From an uncultured Gammaproteobacteria bacterium (GTDB taxonomy: Bacteria > Pseudomonadota > Gammaproteobacteria > UBA9214), in the NCBI GenBank assembly GCA_963763115.1, contig CAVXNM010000058.1, positions 7,856 through 71,855 on the forward strand: a DNA stretch of 64,000 bases, written 5' to 3'. The position numbers and the translations under genes are program-made. Each line of letters opens with the position of its first letter. Position 1 is the stretch's first letter. Of the stretch, positions 27,470 through 38,200 are shown piece after piece. Below the pieces are notes generated by a model. The model ran no database searches. It was not told the origin of the DNA and worked only from the letters and a program-made list of their open reading frames with translations.

Positions 27470-28501
27470 ATGCACCCGCATTGTCTTGTTCCTGAAACCG
27501 CGGAACAGTGCGCTATCCTGCTGACATGGCCGCATAGGAACAGTGCCTGGGCCGACAGCATGGAGGCTGTCACCGCGGTGTATCTCGAAATCGCCCGGAC
27601 GGTCGTGGCGCACGAGAAGCTGCTCGTCGTATGCTACGACCCGGACCATGCCGGGGAGGTCAGGCAGGCATGCGCCCGGACCGGCATACCGCTCGACGCC
27701 ATTAACTTTTTACCCGCCCGGACAAACGACACCTGGATCCGTGACTACGGACCCCTCGCAGTTTCGGACGGCACCGGATTACGCCTGCTCGACTTCGTCT
27801 TCGACGGCTGGGGCAGGAAATATCCCGCCGAGCTGGATAATGCAGTCACCCGGAAACTGGAAACAGAAGGTGTGTTCAAGCCCTCCTGCCGGCGCTTCCG
27901 GCTGGTTCTCGAGGGCGGCAGCATCGATACCGACGGCCAGGGCAGCCTGCTGACCACCTCGAACTGTCTGATCACGAACAGCCGCAACCCGGGTTACGAC
28001 AAAGCGGCATTTGAACGGCTTTTTGCCGAGGAAATGGGCATACAACGAGTGCTCTGGCTCGATCACGGGGAACTCGAGGGGGACGACACCGACGCACATA
28101 TCGACATGCTGGCCCGTTTCTGTTCGCCGCACACCATCGCCTACACACAATTCACCGACCGCAGCGACAGTCAATTCGCGGGACTGAACGCGATGGAAAG
28201 GCAGCTCGGCACCTTCACCACCCTCGAGGGCCGTCCCTATCAACTGCTTCCCCTGCCGCTGCCGGCGCCGCTCCACTCCGTCACCGGCAAACGGCTGCCC
28301 GCCAGCTACGCCAACTTCCTCATTATCAACGGCGCAGTGCTCGTGCCGGTCTACGATGACCCGGCCGATACCATCGCGCTTGAGCGTCTTGCCGGGGTCT
28401 TTCCCGAACGGCACGTCATTCCGGTCAACTGCCTGCCGCTCATCCAGCAGTACGGCAGCCTGCATTGCGCGACCATGCAGCTCCCGGCCGGCGTCCTTTG
28501 A
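27470..28501 (+). CDS. aguA: agmatine deiminase
   Basis: 343 aa; TWIRDYGP, EGGSIDTDGQGSLLTT, DAHIDMLARF, and the catalytic Cys in GSLHCATMQ. Confidence 0.85.
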   Translation: MHPHCLVPETAEQCAILLTWPHRNSAWADSMEAVTAVYLEIARTVVAHEKLLVVCYDPDHAGEVRQACARTGIPLDAINFLPARTNDTWIRDYGPLAVSDGTGLRLLDFVFDGWGRKYPAELDNAVTRKLETEGVFKPSCRRFRLVLEGGSIDTDGQGSLLTTSNCLITNSRNPGYDKAAFERLFAEEMGIQRVLWLDHGELEGDDTDAHIDMLARFCSPHTIAYTQFTDRSDSQFAGLNAMERQLGTFTTLEGRPYQLLPLPLPAPLHSVTGKRLPASYANFLIINGAVLVPVYDDPADTIALERLAGVFPERHVIPVNCLPLIQQYGSLHCATMQLPAGVL

Positions 28502-28511
28502 ATTAATTTCA

Positions 28512-28600
28512 TCATCGCAAAGACGTAATGTTCGCAAAGAAGCTGATTTGCGATAAGCACAACAAACGGCTTTGAGTTCTTCGCACCTTTGCGGTGAGAG
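28512..28600. repeat. REP/MITE-like palindromic element (CGCAAAG-type), degenerate copy
   Basis: Right arm TTCTTCGCACCTTTGCGGTGAGAG shares the 13-mer CTTTGCGGTGAGA and TTCTTCGC with the 39.5-kb copy. The left arm TCATCGCAAAGACG..TTCGCAAAGAAG is an imperfect complement. Confidence 0.45.
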
Positions 28601-28641
28601 AATTTCCTTATCCGTGTACACTGGTTAAACTTGCTGCGCAT

Positions 28642-29532
28642 ATGAATACCCAAACGCTCACCGTCGGATTGATACAGCAGCGCTGTTCCGCCGATGCCGC
28701 ATGTAATCTGGCCGCGAGCATCGAGGGCATAAGGAAAGCGGCGGCCCGGGGCGCCCAGTTGGTGCTGCTGCCGGAGCTGCATACCAGCCTGTATTTCTGC
28801 CAGACGGAAGACACGGACCTGTTCGACCTGGCGGAAACCATTCCGGGTCCCACCACCGAACGGCTCGGCACGCTGGCCGCCGAACTCGGCATCGTCATCG
28901 TCGCATCGATCTTCGAGAAGCGGGCTGCCGGTCTCTACCACAATACGGCGGTAGCGATCGAATGTGACGGCCGCATCGCCGGCTGCTACCGCAAGATGCA
29001 CATTCCCGACGATCCCGGCTATTACGAAAAATTCTATTTCACTCCGGGTGATCTTGGCTTCAACCCGGTACGAACCTCCGTGGGCATGCTGGGTTTGCTG
29101 GTCTGCTGGGATCAGTGGTATCCGGAGGCGGCCCGCCTGATGGCCCTCGGCGGCGCGCAGCTCCTGCTCTATCCGACGGCGATCGGCTGGAACCCGGCCG
29201 ACGACGCCGAGGAACAGGCGCGCCAGCGCGACGCCTGGCTGACGATCCAGCGCGGACACGCCATCGCCAACGGCCTGCCCGTACTGACCTGCAACCGCTC
29301 GGGGTTCGAAGCCGACGACTCCGGACAAACGGACGGGATTCAGTTCTGGGGCAGCAGTGCGGTGTTCGGCCCCCAGGGCGAGATCCTCGAGCAGGCGACC
29401 GAAAACGAAGCCGGTATCGTCGTCGCCGCGATCGACCTGAACCGCACGGAGCAGGTCCGACGGCTCTGGCCCTATCTGCGCGACCGGCGCATCGACGCCT
29501 ACCAGGATCTGCTGCGCCGCTATCGCGACTGA
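28642..29532 (+). CDS. aguB: N-carbamoylputrescine amidase
   Basis: 296 aa from MNTQTLTVGLIQQ; nitrilase-superfamily triad context (LPELH.., ..YRKMHIPD.., LVCWDQWYPE). Adjacent to aguA. Confidence 0.85.
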   Translation: MNTQTLTVGLIQQRCSADAACNLAASIEGIRKAAARGAQLVLLPELHTSLYFCQTEDTDLFDLAETIPGPTTERLGTLAAELGIVIVASIFEKRAAGLYHNTAVAIECDGRIAGCYRKMHIPDDPGYYEKFYFTPGDLGFNPVRTSVGMLGLLVCWDQWYPEAARLMALGGAQLLLYPTAIGWNPADDAEEQARQRDAWLTIQRGHAIANGLPVLTCNRSGFEADDSGQTDGIQFWGSSAVFGPQGEILEQATENEAGIVVAAIDLNRTEQVRRLWPYLRDRRIDAYQDLLRRYRD

Positions 29533-29632
29533 GCCCGTGAACCGGGGGAAGCGCGGGCGAGCCGGTAGTAAGGGCCGGGCATTCCGTGGATAATGTTCGG
29601 ATCGGCTCTGGCTGTTTTTCTGGTATGACATC

Positions 29633-30769
29633 ATGATTCTGATTCTGCATGCGGACACCGACAAAAACGGGACCGCTTACCGGCATTTGCTGGAGCATCT
29701 GGCCAACCTGCGGAACATCACGGTCCGCGTGCATGACGAGGTCGGCGCACAGCAAACGCTGACCGAACTCTATCTGGTGGGTGACACGGCCGCGCTGCAG
29801 ATTGAGGATATGGCGAGCCTGCCCTGCGTGGAGCGGGTGGTGCGCGTCTCCGAGGAATACCGCATCCTCGGTCGCCATCACGATGACAATCGTTCGACCT
29901 TCTTCGAATACAATGGCGTGCGCTTCGGACAGGACAACCTGAATGTCTTCGCCGGCCTGTGCGCCGTCGACACCTCCGAGCATGTCGAAATCATGATGAA
30001 GGCCTTGCAGGAACGCAGCCTGCCCTGCACTCGCATGGGTGCCTACAAGCCGCGCACCAATCCCTATTCGTTCCAGGGACATGGCAAGAGCTGTCTGCCC
30101 TATGTGTTCGAACTGGCGGGCAAATACGACATCAAGGTCATCGCCATGGAGGTGACCCATGACATGCACCTGCGGGAAATCCGGGAAGCGCTCGATCTGA
30201 CGGGAAATCCGACCGGGGTGTTGCTGCAGATCGGCACCCGCAATACCCAGAACTTCGAACTGCTTAAGGCGGTAGGTCGCCAGCGTGAATTCCCGGTACT
30301 TCTGAAACGCGGCTTCGGCATCACGCTGGAGGAATCACTCAACGCGGCCGAATACCTGGCCAGCGAAGGTAACCGGCGTGTCGTGTTCGGATTGCGCGGC
30401 ATGAAGACCAACATGGGCGACCCGCATCGCAATTTCGTCGACTTCTCCCACGTGCCAGCCGTCAAGCGTTTGACCCGTATGCCCGTGTGCATCGATCCCT
30501 CACATTCCGTGGGCAGCCGGGATGCCTCACCGGAGGGTATTATGGATGTATTTCACGTGACCGCCCAAGGGGTTATCGCCGGGGCGAATATGATACTCGT
30601 CGATTTTCACCCGGTACCGAGCAAGGCGCTGGTGGATGGTCCGCAGGCGCTGCATATGGATGAACTCGACTATTTTCTCGAGGATGTCAGGCTGGCGCGG
30701 GAGGCATACGAAAACCGTGTGGTCCTGGCCACGAAATACCGCAACCAGCAGGAGGCATCGGCCGCCTGA
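29633..30769 (+). CDS. 3-deoxy-7-phosphoheptulonate (DAHP) synthase, type I-beta with N-terminal regulatory-like domain
   Basis: 378 aa; GAYKPRTNPYSFQGHG and CIDPSHS motifs of the KDO8P/DAHP I-beta family. About 75 extra N-terminal residues precede the barrel. Confidence 0.8.
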   Translation: MILILHADTDKNGTAYRHLLEHLANLRNITVRVHDEVGAQQTLTELYLVGDTAALQIEDMASLPCVERVVRVSEEYRILGRHHDDNRSTFFEYNGVRFGQDNLNVFAGLCAVDTSEHVEIMMKALQERSLPCTRMGAYKPRTNPYSFQGHGKSCLPYVFELAGKYDIKVIAMEVTHDMHLREIREALDLTGNPTGVLLQIGTRNTQNFELLKAVGRQREFPVLLKRGFGITLEESLNAAEYLASEGNRRVVFGLRGMKTNMGDPHRNFVDFSHVPAVKRLTRMPVCIDPSHSVGSRDASPEGIMDVFHVTAQGVIAGANMILVDFHPVPSKALVDGPQALHMDELDYFLEDVRLAREAYENRVVLATKYRNQQEASAA

Positions 30770-31097
30770 TCCCGGGTGGCGCACGCTATTCCGTCCAAGA
30801 TGACGAGTACCGAGATGCATTAAATCATCAAATCAGGACGTGAGAACAACCATGATGACACCGTTAAAGCGACTTTTCATAATGACCGTAATTTCCGTGG
30901 CTGTATTTTTCTCAGTCGGAACGCTGTTCTGCAACGGCATGTGGGCGGCCAGTCGCCGAACAACATCCAGACCCTCCTCAGGTTCGGTTATCCCGCCGGG
31001 AAGATCAAATAGTACCGCGGTGGCATGCAGGACTGGGAAATTCTCGGCCTGACCACGGTGGCGGGAGAGTAATGCCGTCGTGAGCACGTAACTGGTC

Positions 31098-31628
31098 ATG
31101 GAACCACATCCGAAACCCTCTGTCGCTGCTGCACTGATGTTTGTGCTGATACTCACAGTTGGTTCGAGCGCCGGCGAGGAGGTTTCCCGGGAGGTACAGA
31201 CCCCCTATACCGAGCAGAAGGTGGTGTTCGATTTCTATTTCGACAATCCGGAAAAAATCAATGCCGCCCTGTACTGGATCCGTTCGCTCATGAACCCGCT
31301 CATGGATGCACCGTACGATATGGCGCCCGAATTTCTGGATATCAAGGTCGTTATCCACGGCACGGAGATCGTGACGCTGGCGCGCAAGAACTTAGAGAAA
31401 TACCGGGACGCCGTCGAGCGCATGCGCTACTACGCCAGCCTGGGCGTACAGTTCAAGGTGTGCGCTCTGGCGGCGCAGGACTACGGCTACCAGCCGGATG
31501 CATTCTATGATTTCGTCGAGGTCGTACCCTCGGCGATCACGGAACTCGCCCACTGGCAATTGCAGGGCTATGCCCTGATCACCCCCGTGGTGATGGAGAA
31601 ACGCTTCTCTATCGAGGAAATCCGTTGA
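31098..31628 (+). CDS. DsrE/DsrF-like family protein with N-terminal signal/anchor sequence
   Basis: 176 aa; KVVFDFYFDNPEKI..IKVVIHGTEI..QFKVCALAAQ layout resembles the COG1416 DsrE-like fold. Hydrophobic N-terminus AAALMFVLILTVGSSAG. Confidence 0.55.
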   Translation: MEPHPKPSVAAALMFVLILTVGSSAGEEVSREVQTPYTEQKVVFDFYFDNPEKINAALYWIRSLMNPLMDAPYDMAPEFLDIKVVIHGTEIVTLARKNLEKYRDAVERMRYYASLGVQFKVCALAAQDYGYQPDAFYDFVEVVPSAITELAHWQLQGYALITPVVMEKRFSIEEIR

Positions 31629-31637
31629 AACCTGTGA

Positions 31638-32423
31638 CTATTTCGCCCGTTTCAGGCTGTTCTGGTCGAAATCCCGGTCCGTGAGGCCGGTGCGGAAACG
31701 GTAGTCACTCCAGGACAGCGTGGTACTTTTTCCGGTCTGGTGGTTGGCCATCTCCATGCGCAGGGCGCGCCAGAATTTGTCCATATACCGCCGGTACTCG
31801 TGGAAGGTGAGGGTCTTTAACAGCGCGTCCTTGCGGTCGTAGTAGATTACCTGCTGCGGCCGGTACTCCTGCTTGTCGATCCAGACCTCCTGGCGCGTAT
31901 AGCCCGAGTTCGGATCGACCGGCCGACGTTCGATCACGAAGCAATCCATGCCATCATAAGTCTCGTCCCGGAGATACACATAGGTGTATTTCTCGACTTC
32001 ATCGGAAGCGATGTCCTCATAGGCGAACTCGCTGCCCATGAACGGGCCCGACTTGTTTTTCGAGGAAATACGTTTCACCCGCTTGAGAGACGGCAGATAG
32101 AGCCACTGGTCATCGAGACCGGTGACATGCGAGAACGTCAGGAAGGCCGTGCCCTTGACGTCGGCCGGTGCGTCGAAGATGGACAGGCTCTTGTCACCGT
32201 CGCCTTCGATCTCAAGGGTACGCACCCGTACCGCGCGCCGGCTTTCATCCCCCTGCCGGTTACGCAGGACCATTTCCATGCCAGCCGTCGAATCGCCGAA
32301 CCCCTTGTCCCTCGCGTCCGCCTCGACGGCAATGGCCAGGCCCTTCTCCGCGGGCGTTTCGGCCGGGGCGATCACCGGCATCAGCACAAGCAAACAAACC
32401 AGCAATGTTTTCTTCATATTCAT
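31638..32423 (-). CDS. LolA-like outer-membrane lipoprotein-sorting family protein
   Basis: 261 aa; signal peptide MKKTLLVCLLVLMPVIAPA, family pattern ..GDKSLSIFDAPADVKGTAFLTF... ATGA overlap with the upstream RND gene, a typical pairing. Confidence 0.65.
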   Translation of the reverse strand: MNMKKTLLVCLLVLMPVIAPAETPAEKGLAIAVEADARDKGFGDSTAGMEMVLRNRQGDESRRAVRVRTLEIEGDGDKSLSIFDAPADVKGTAFLTFSHVTGLDDQWLYLPSLKRVKRISSKNKSGPFMGSEFAYEDIASDEVEKYTYVYLRDETYDGMDCFVIERRPVDPNSGYTRQEVWIDKQEYRPQQVIYYDRKDALLKTLTFHEYRRYMDKFWRALRMEMANHQTGKSTTLSWSDYRFRTGLTDRDFDQNSLKRAK

Positions 32424-34696
32424 TTGTCAACCTTCATCAACAAGGGTGGTAGAAACAGGAAATCGGCGGCGAGCGCGAAGGCGATGGTGACGGCCGTCAG
32501 CAATCCCATATCCGCGTTCATCCGGAATGGCGAGAGGGTCAGGACCAGGAAGCCGGCTATCAGGACCAGCGAGGTCACCCCCAGCGCCATACCGACAGTG
32601 GAGAAGGCATAGCGTACCGCATCGGGCGAATCGAGGTGCTGCTCGCGACGGGCGCGCAGGTACTTGCTGAGAAAATGCACGGTATCGTCGACCACGATGC
32701 CCAGCGTCATGCCCGTCACCACGGAAAGCGCAAGTCCGACCTCCCCCACCAGCACGCCCCACAATCCGAATGCCATGGCGGCCGGCGCAAGATTCGGAAT
32801 CAGGCTGACCAGGCCGATTTTCAGGGATCGCAGGGCGATTACCAGCACCAAGGAAATCAGCACCAGCGCCACCGTCGTGCCGGTCAGCATGTTACGGATA
32901 TTGCGCTGTCCGATGTGCGCGAACATGACCGCGGGACTCGCCCCGTCGGACCGCATGTAGCGCGCATTCTGTTTCAGCCAGTTCTGCGCGGCGTCCTCGA
33001 GCGTCAGCAACTCATTGGAGGAGATATTCCCTACCGTCACCACGAGACGGGTCGCTGACTTACCAACGTCGATCTGATTGTTGAGATCCAGTCCGTATGG
33101 CAGCGACATCTCATAGAGCAGCAGGTATTGTGCAGACATGTCGCGCCGGTCAGGCAGCCGGTACCAGGCCGGGTCATCACCGTGCAGGTTTTTGTTCAGC
33201 CGTTTCATGATGTCGGTCAGCGAGTTGACGTGCAGCACTGCAGGCTGTGCCTGGTACCAGTCGGCAAAGCGCTCCACGTCGCGAAGAAACGCCGGGTCGC
33301 TGATGCCCCCGCTTTCCCCGGTTCCCAGGGAATACTCGATGGTGTAAAGGCCGGTGAGGTTTTTGCTCGCGAAGTCGGTCGCATTCCGAAAGGCGATTGT
33401 GTTGTCGAAGTATTTGATGTATTCGTCATTAAGCTGGTTGCGCGGAATGAATATCACCAGGCCCATGACCAGAAGCCCCATACCCCAGAAGAGCTGAACG
33501 CGCCGCCTGACGACATAATCGGCAAAACGGTCCATTATCAGGGACCGGCGTGTGACGCCCGGCTGGACACGCACCGGCATGAACGTCATCAGGGCCGGGA
33601 GGAAACCCACCGAATAAACAAAGGCCGCCGCCACACCCATCGCCACGATATTGCCAAGGTCCCGGAACGGCGGCGCATCGCTGAAGTTCATGCTCATGAA
33701 TCCGATCACCGTGGTCAGGGAGGTGAGGAACACAGGCTGCAGGTTGATTCGCAGGCTGTCGACCATGGCGCTCGCCTTGTCCATGCCGCGGCGCATGGCG
33801 TGCAGAAAACTCACCAGGATGTGCACACAATCGGCGACCGCCAGGGTAAGAATAATCGTAGGTGCAGTGGCGGAAGGCGGTGTCAGCGCAATACCGAGCC
33901 AACCTGTCAGTCCCATGGCGGTCATCACGGAGATCACGATGACCAGGAATGTCGCCAGGGTCGCGGTAGCGGAGCGCAGCAGCAGGATGAGAGTCAGGAT
34001 GACGACGCCGAACATCATCGGCACGAGTGTTTTCTGGTCATGCAGGATCACTTCCGGAAAGGAATTGTTCATAATCACCATTCCGGTGAGATAGACATCC
34101 AGGTCGGGATTGTCGGCCTCGATTTCGGCGACCAGACGCCGCGCATGGGTGGTGATTTCAGGCACTTCCCCGCCGGAACCCGCCTCCGGCAGCTGGATGG
34201 TGACATTGACGCCGGTGACACGTCCATCCGGCGAGATCAGTCGATCGACCAGCAAGGGCTCGTGTACGGCGATGTCGTGTATCCTCTGCAGGGCGGCTTC
34301 ATCCAGTCCCTCGACGTCCGGCACCAGATCGTCGACCACCAGGTCATCGCCATCAGCCTCGGTATGCTGGAAATTGGTGATTGAATCAACCCGAATCGAC
34401 CAGGGGATCTGCCAGGCGGCCTGCGTGAGTTTCACCACACTGGCCAGCGTTTCCTGAGTAAACACCTTACCGTTCCGGGGTGCCAGTACGAACAGTACGT
34501 TATCCGATTTGGTATAGGTATTCTGCAGTTGTTCGAAAGCCCGCAGCTGGGGATTGTCGGCGCTGAAAAAAACGCGGTAGTCAGTCTTGAACTCGAGGAA
34601 GCGCATCCCGCTGGCAGCCCCCGCGACCAGTACGATTGTCATCACCAGCACCAGGTAACGCCAGCGCAGCAACCATTCTCCGTAGATCTTGCCCAT
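32420..34696 (-). CDS. RND-superfamily (MMPL/HpnN-like) exporter
   Basis: 758 aa; two blocks of about 6 TM helices each, separated by large soluble loops; internal duplication typical of RND/SSD transporters. Confidence 0.75.
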   Translation of the reverse strand: MGKIYGEWLLRWRYLVLVMTIVLVAGAASGMRFLEFKTDYRVFFSADNPQLRAFEQLQNTYTKSDNVLFVLAPRNGKVFTQETLASVVKLTQAAWQIPWSIRVDSITNFQHTEADGDDLVVDDLVPDVEGLDEAALQRIHDIAVHEPLLVDRLISPDGRVTGVNVTIQLPEAGSGGEVPEITTHARRLVAEIEADNPDLDVYLTGMVIMNNSFPEVILHDQKTLVPMMFGVVILTLILLLRSATATLATFLVIVISVMTAMGLTGWLGIALTPPSATAPTIILTLAVADCVHILVSFLHAMRRGMDKASAMVDSLRINLQPVFLTSLTTVIGFMSMNFSDAPPFRDLGNIVAMGVAAAFVYSVGFLPALMTFMPVRVQPGVTRRSLIMDRFADYVVRRRVQLFWGMGLLVMGLVIFIPRNQLNDEYIKYFDNTIAFRNATDFASKNLTGLYTIEYSLGTGESGGISDPAFLRDVERFADWYQAQPAVLHVNSLTDIMKRLNKNLHGDDPAWYRLPDRRDMSAQYLLLYEMSLPYGLDLNNQIDVGKSATRLVVTVGNISSNELLTLEDAAQNWLKQNARYMRSDGASPAVMFAHIGQRNIRNMLTGTTVALVLISLVLVIALRSLKIGLVSLIPNLAPAAMAFGLWGVLVGEVGLALSVVTGMTLGIVVDDTVHFLSKYLRARREQHLDSPDAVRYAFSTVGMALGVTSLVLIAGFLVLTLSPFRMNADMGLLTAVTIAFALAADFLFLPPLLMKVDK

Positions 34697-34852
34697 TATT
34701 GTTCCTTATTTCTTTTCTGGAACCGGCCCCGGCTGCCCTGATTTGGATACCGTTGGTTCACCAGTCTGCAGACACACCGGACATATGGCCGAACTTGCAG
34801 ACAAAACGCTATACTCATGCCACATGAGCGTCAACCAACAGGAGTAATGAAC

Positions 34853-35056
34853 ATGTCCGCTATGAGAATGGTGTTTCTGGCGATGGCCGCACTGATACTT
34901 CTGGGTATCTGGCTGACCGGATTCAACACGGTTCATTGGGTGCTGTATCTGCCAGTTGCAGGACTGGTCTTTGCCGGCGTCACCGGGATCTGTCCGAGCT
35001 ACCTGCTGTTCCACAAGATCGGGTTCAAGGGACAAATGCCCGGTAACAAACTGTGA
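34853..35056 (+). CDS. DUF2892 (YgaP C-terminal-like) small membrane protein
   Basis: 67 aa; two TM helices and a GVTGICPSY motif. GGAG 8 nt upstream of ATG 34853. Confidence 0.55.
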   Translation: MSAMRMVFLAMAALILLGIWLTGFNTVHWVLYLPVAGLVFAGVTGICPSYLLFHKIGFKGQMPGNKL

Positions 35057-35236
35057 TTCTGACGCAGGGCACGTCATCAGTCCATTAGCTGCTGCAAATC
35101 CGCTGAATGCATGACCCATCCCCTGCTCACAGCAGATGGATTATTTGGCTGGACTCGAACAGCACGTGCCTTGGGTCTGTGTGATAATACCCGACCGTAA
35201 ACTGCGTTGTACCGTCCAGAATCTGATCCAGATTGA

Positions 35237-38200
35237 ATGCACCGCTCGGCACCACACCACCAGGCGCCCGCGCTGGTCAGCCTGCTTAAACCGGTGCTGC
35301 CAGGTCAGCGTCGCGTCGTCACCTGGACCCGGCTGGCCGGCGACAGTCTGCCGCTGGCGCTGGCGCATGCCGCCAGTCGTGCCGGCGGACCCCTTGCCGT
35401 CATCACGCCGGACATGCAAGGCGCTGAGGTGCTGCAGGAACAGCTGGAATTCTTTCTCACGGGAAGCGCCATCGGCGTCAGCATCTTCCCCGACTGGGAG
35501 ACCCTGCCCTACGACACCTTCTCACCGCATCAGGACATCATTTCGGAGCGTCTCGCCACGCTGAACCATCTGGCCGGGATGCGCCGGGGCGTGCTGATCA
35601 TCGCCGTCACCACACTGCTGCAGCGCCTGCCGCCGCGCAGCTTTCTCTACCAGCACAGCCTGATCCTGCGCCACGGTCAGCGGCTGGACCTTGATGCGAT
35701 GCGCACCCGACTCGACAGCGCCGGCTACCGATGCGTCTCCCAGGTCATGGAGCACGGGGAATTCGCGGTGCGCGGGTCGCTGCTTGATCTCTACCCGATG
35801 GGCAGCCCGCTGCCCCTGCGCATCGACCTGTTTGATGCGGAGATCGATTCCATCAGGACCTTCGACCCCGAAAACCAGCGCTCCCTGATGGAACAGAAGG
35901 CCGTCAACCTCCTGCCCGCCAGGGAATTTCCCCTTGACGAGGAGGGCATCCGGGGTTTCCGCCAGCGTTTTCGCGCGAGCTTCGAGGGCAACCCGCAGGA
36001 CTGCTCCATCTATCGCGAGATCAGCCAGGGCATCACCCCCGGCGGAATCGAATACTATCTGCCCTTGTTCTTCGAGGAAACGGAGACCCTCTTCGACTAC
36101 CTGCCCGGGGACACCTGCCTGGCCTTCCTGGATGCCACCGAAGCGGCCGGCGATGACTTCCAGAGACAACTCGCGGAACGCTTTGAATCGCGCCGGCATG
36201 ATCGGGAACGGCCGATCCTGCCACCGGAAAAGCTCTATCTCGGCATGGCAGAGCTGCGGGACTTCCAGAACCGGTATCCGCTGATCCGGGTGATTGCTTC
36301 CGGTGCGGCGGACCCGCCAGGCGATTGCACCTCTTACACCACGCGCCCGCTCGGCGATCTTAAAATCCGCCCGCGCCATGAGACGCCCGCCGGTGCTTTG
36401 CAGGCATTTGTCGCCGAATTTCCAGGGCGCATCCTGCTGACGGCGGAATCGAGCGGCCGGCGCGAAACCCTGCACGACCAGCTGCAGGGCTTCGCGATCC
36501 GGCCGGTCGTGGTCAGGTCATGGGCTGACTTTATCGCCACGACCGATCCCGTGTGCCTGACGGTCGCGCCTCTGGAACAAGGGATGGTGATGGATGTCCC
36601 GGCCATCGCCGTCATCACGGAGACCAGCCTGTTCGGGGAACGCGCCCGGCAAATGCGCCGGAGAAAACCGGAACGCGACCCCGCAGCAATCATCCGTGAC
36701 CTCACCGATCTCAATCTCGGGGCACCGGTGGTACACGAAAACCACGGGGTCGGACGCTACCGCGGACTGGAGACGCTGACCGTCAACGACATCCCGGCCG
36801 AGTACCTCTGCATCGAATACGACGGCGGGGACAAGCTCTACGTCCCGGTCGCCTCCCTGCAACTGGTCAGCCGCTATACCGGCGCCTCGCCCGAAGAGGC
36901 GCCGCTGCACAAGCTCGGCGGCGACCAGTGGCAGCGCGCCCGGAAGAAGGCCGCTAAGCGCGTACATGACGTGGCGGTCGAATTGCTGGATATCTATGCG
37001 CGGCGGGCCGCCCACCAGGGCCATGCCTATGCATCGCCCCAGGACGAATATGCGGCATTCACCGCCGCCTTCCCCTTTGAGGAGACGCCCGATCAGGAGA
37101 ACACCATCGACAGTGTGCTCGCCGATATGCAGTCGCCGCTGCCGATGGACCGGGTGGTGTGCGGCGACGTCGGCTTCGGCAAAACGGAGGTGGCCATGCG
37201 GGCGGCCTTCCTGGCGATCCAGGACGGCAGGCAGGTGGCCGTACTGGTCCCGACTACGCTGCTCGCACAGCAGCACTATCAGAACTTCCGCGACCGGTTC
37301 TCCGACTGGCCGGTGCGCATCGAGGCGCTGTCGCGCTTCCGCAGCGGCAAACAGCAGGAAGCGATCATGGCCGGGCTCGCGGAGGGTTCGGTCGACCTCG
37401 TCATCGGCACGCACAAACTGCTGCAGGAGCAGGTCAGGTTCAGGCGCCTCGGACTGCTCATCATCGACGAGGAACACCGCTTCGGGGTCACCCAGAAAGA
37501 ACGGCTTAAGAAACTGCGCGCCGAAATCGATATCCTGACGCTGACGGCAACCCCGATACCCCGAACCCTGAACATGTCGCTTTCCGGACTGCGCGATCTG
37601 TCCATCATCAGCACCCCGCCCGCTCATCGCCTTGCCGTCAAGACCTTTATCTGCGAATGGAACGACGCAGCCATTCGCGAGTCCTGCCTGCGCGAGATCA
37701 AACGCGGCGGCCAGATCTATTTCCTGCACAACCAGGTGGAGTCGATTGACCGCATCGCCGGGGAGATTGCACGCATCGTTCCCGAGGCGGGTATCGGGGT
37801 CGCCCACGGCCAGATGCGCGAGCGAGAGCTCGAGCGGGTCATGCTGGATTTCTACCACCGTCGCTTCAATCTGCTGGTGTGCAGCACCATCATCGAAAGC
37901 GGCATCGACATACCCACGGCCAATACCATTATCATCAACCGCGCGGACAAGCTCGGACTTGCCCAGCTGCACCAGCTGCGCGGGCGAGTCGGGCGCTCGC
38001 ACCACCGGGCCTACGCCTACCTGCTGACGCCACCGCGAAAGACGATGACGGCAGACGCCGTCAAGCGACTGGAGGCGATCGCCTCGATGGAGGACCTTGG
38101 CGCCGGCTTTACCCTGGCCACGCATGACCTGGAAATACGCGGTGCCGGCGAACTGCTGGGCGACGAGCAGAGTGGCCAGATCCACGAAATCGGCTATACG

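Noticed and set aside
30833-31156. Competing small ORFs in the 330-bp spacer upstream of the DsrE-like gene. The plus-strand ORF 30840..31052 has a signal-anchor-like start (MMTPLKRLFIMTVISVAVFF). The minus-strand ORF 30833..31156 has a faint NUDIX-like LPGGITEPEEG.
   Set aside because: The two overlap each other and the start of the DsrE-like gene. Both degrade into low-complexity sequence. Neither has a convincing SD or a complete motif.
35141-35225. Possible tRNA or tRNA fragment on the minus strand (GTTCGAGTCCAGCC looks like a T-loop plus acceptor).
   Set aside because: The T-stem cannot pair (GCTG/CCAGC needs an extra G). No D-arm, anticodon arm or acceptor helix can be drawn, and there is no CCA context.
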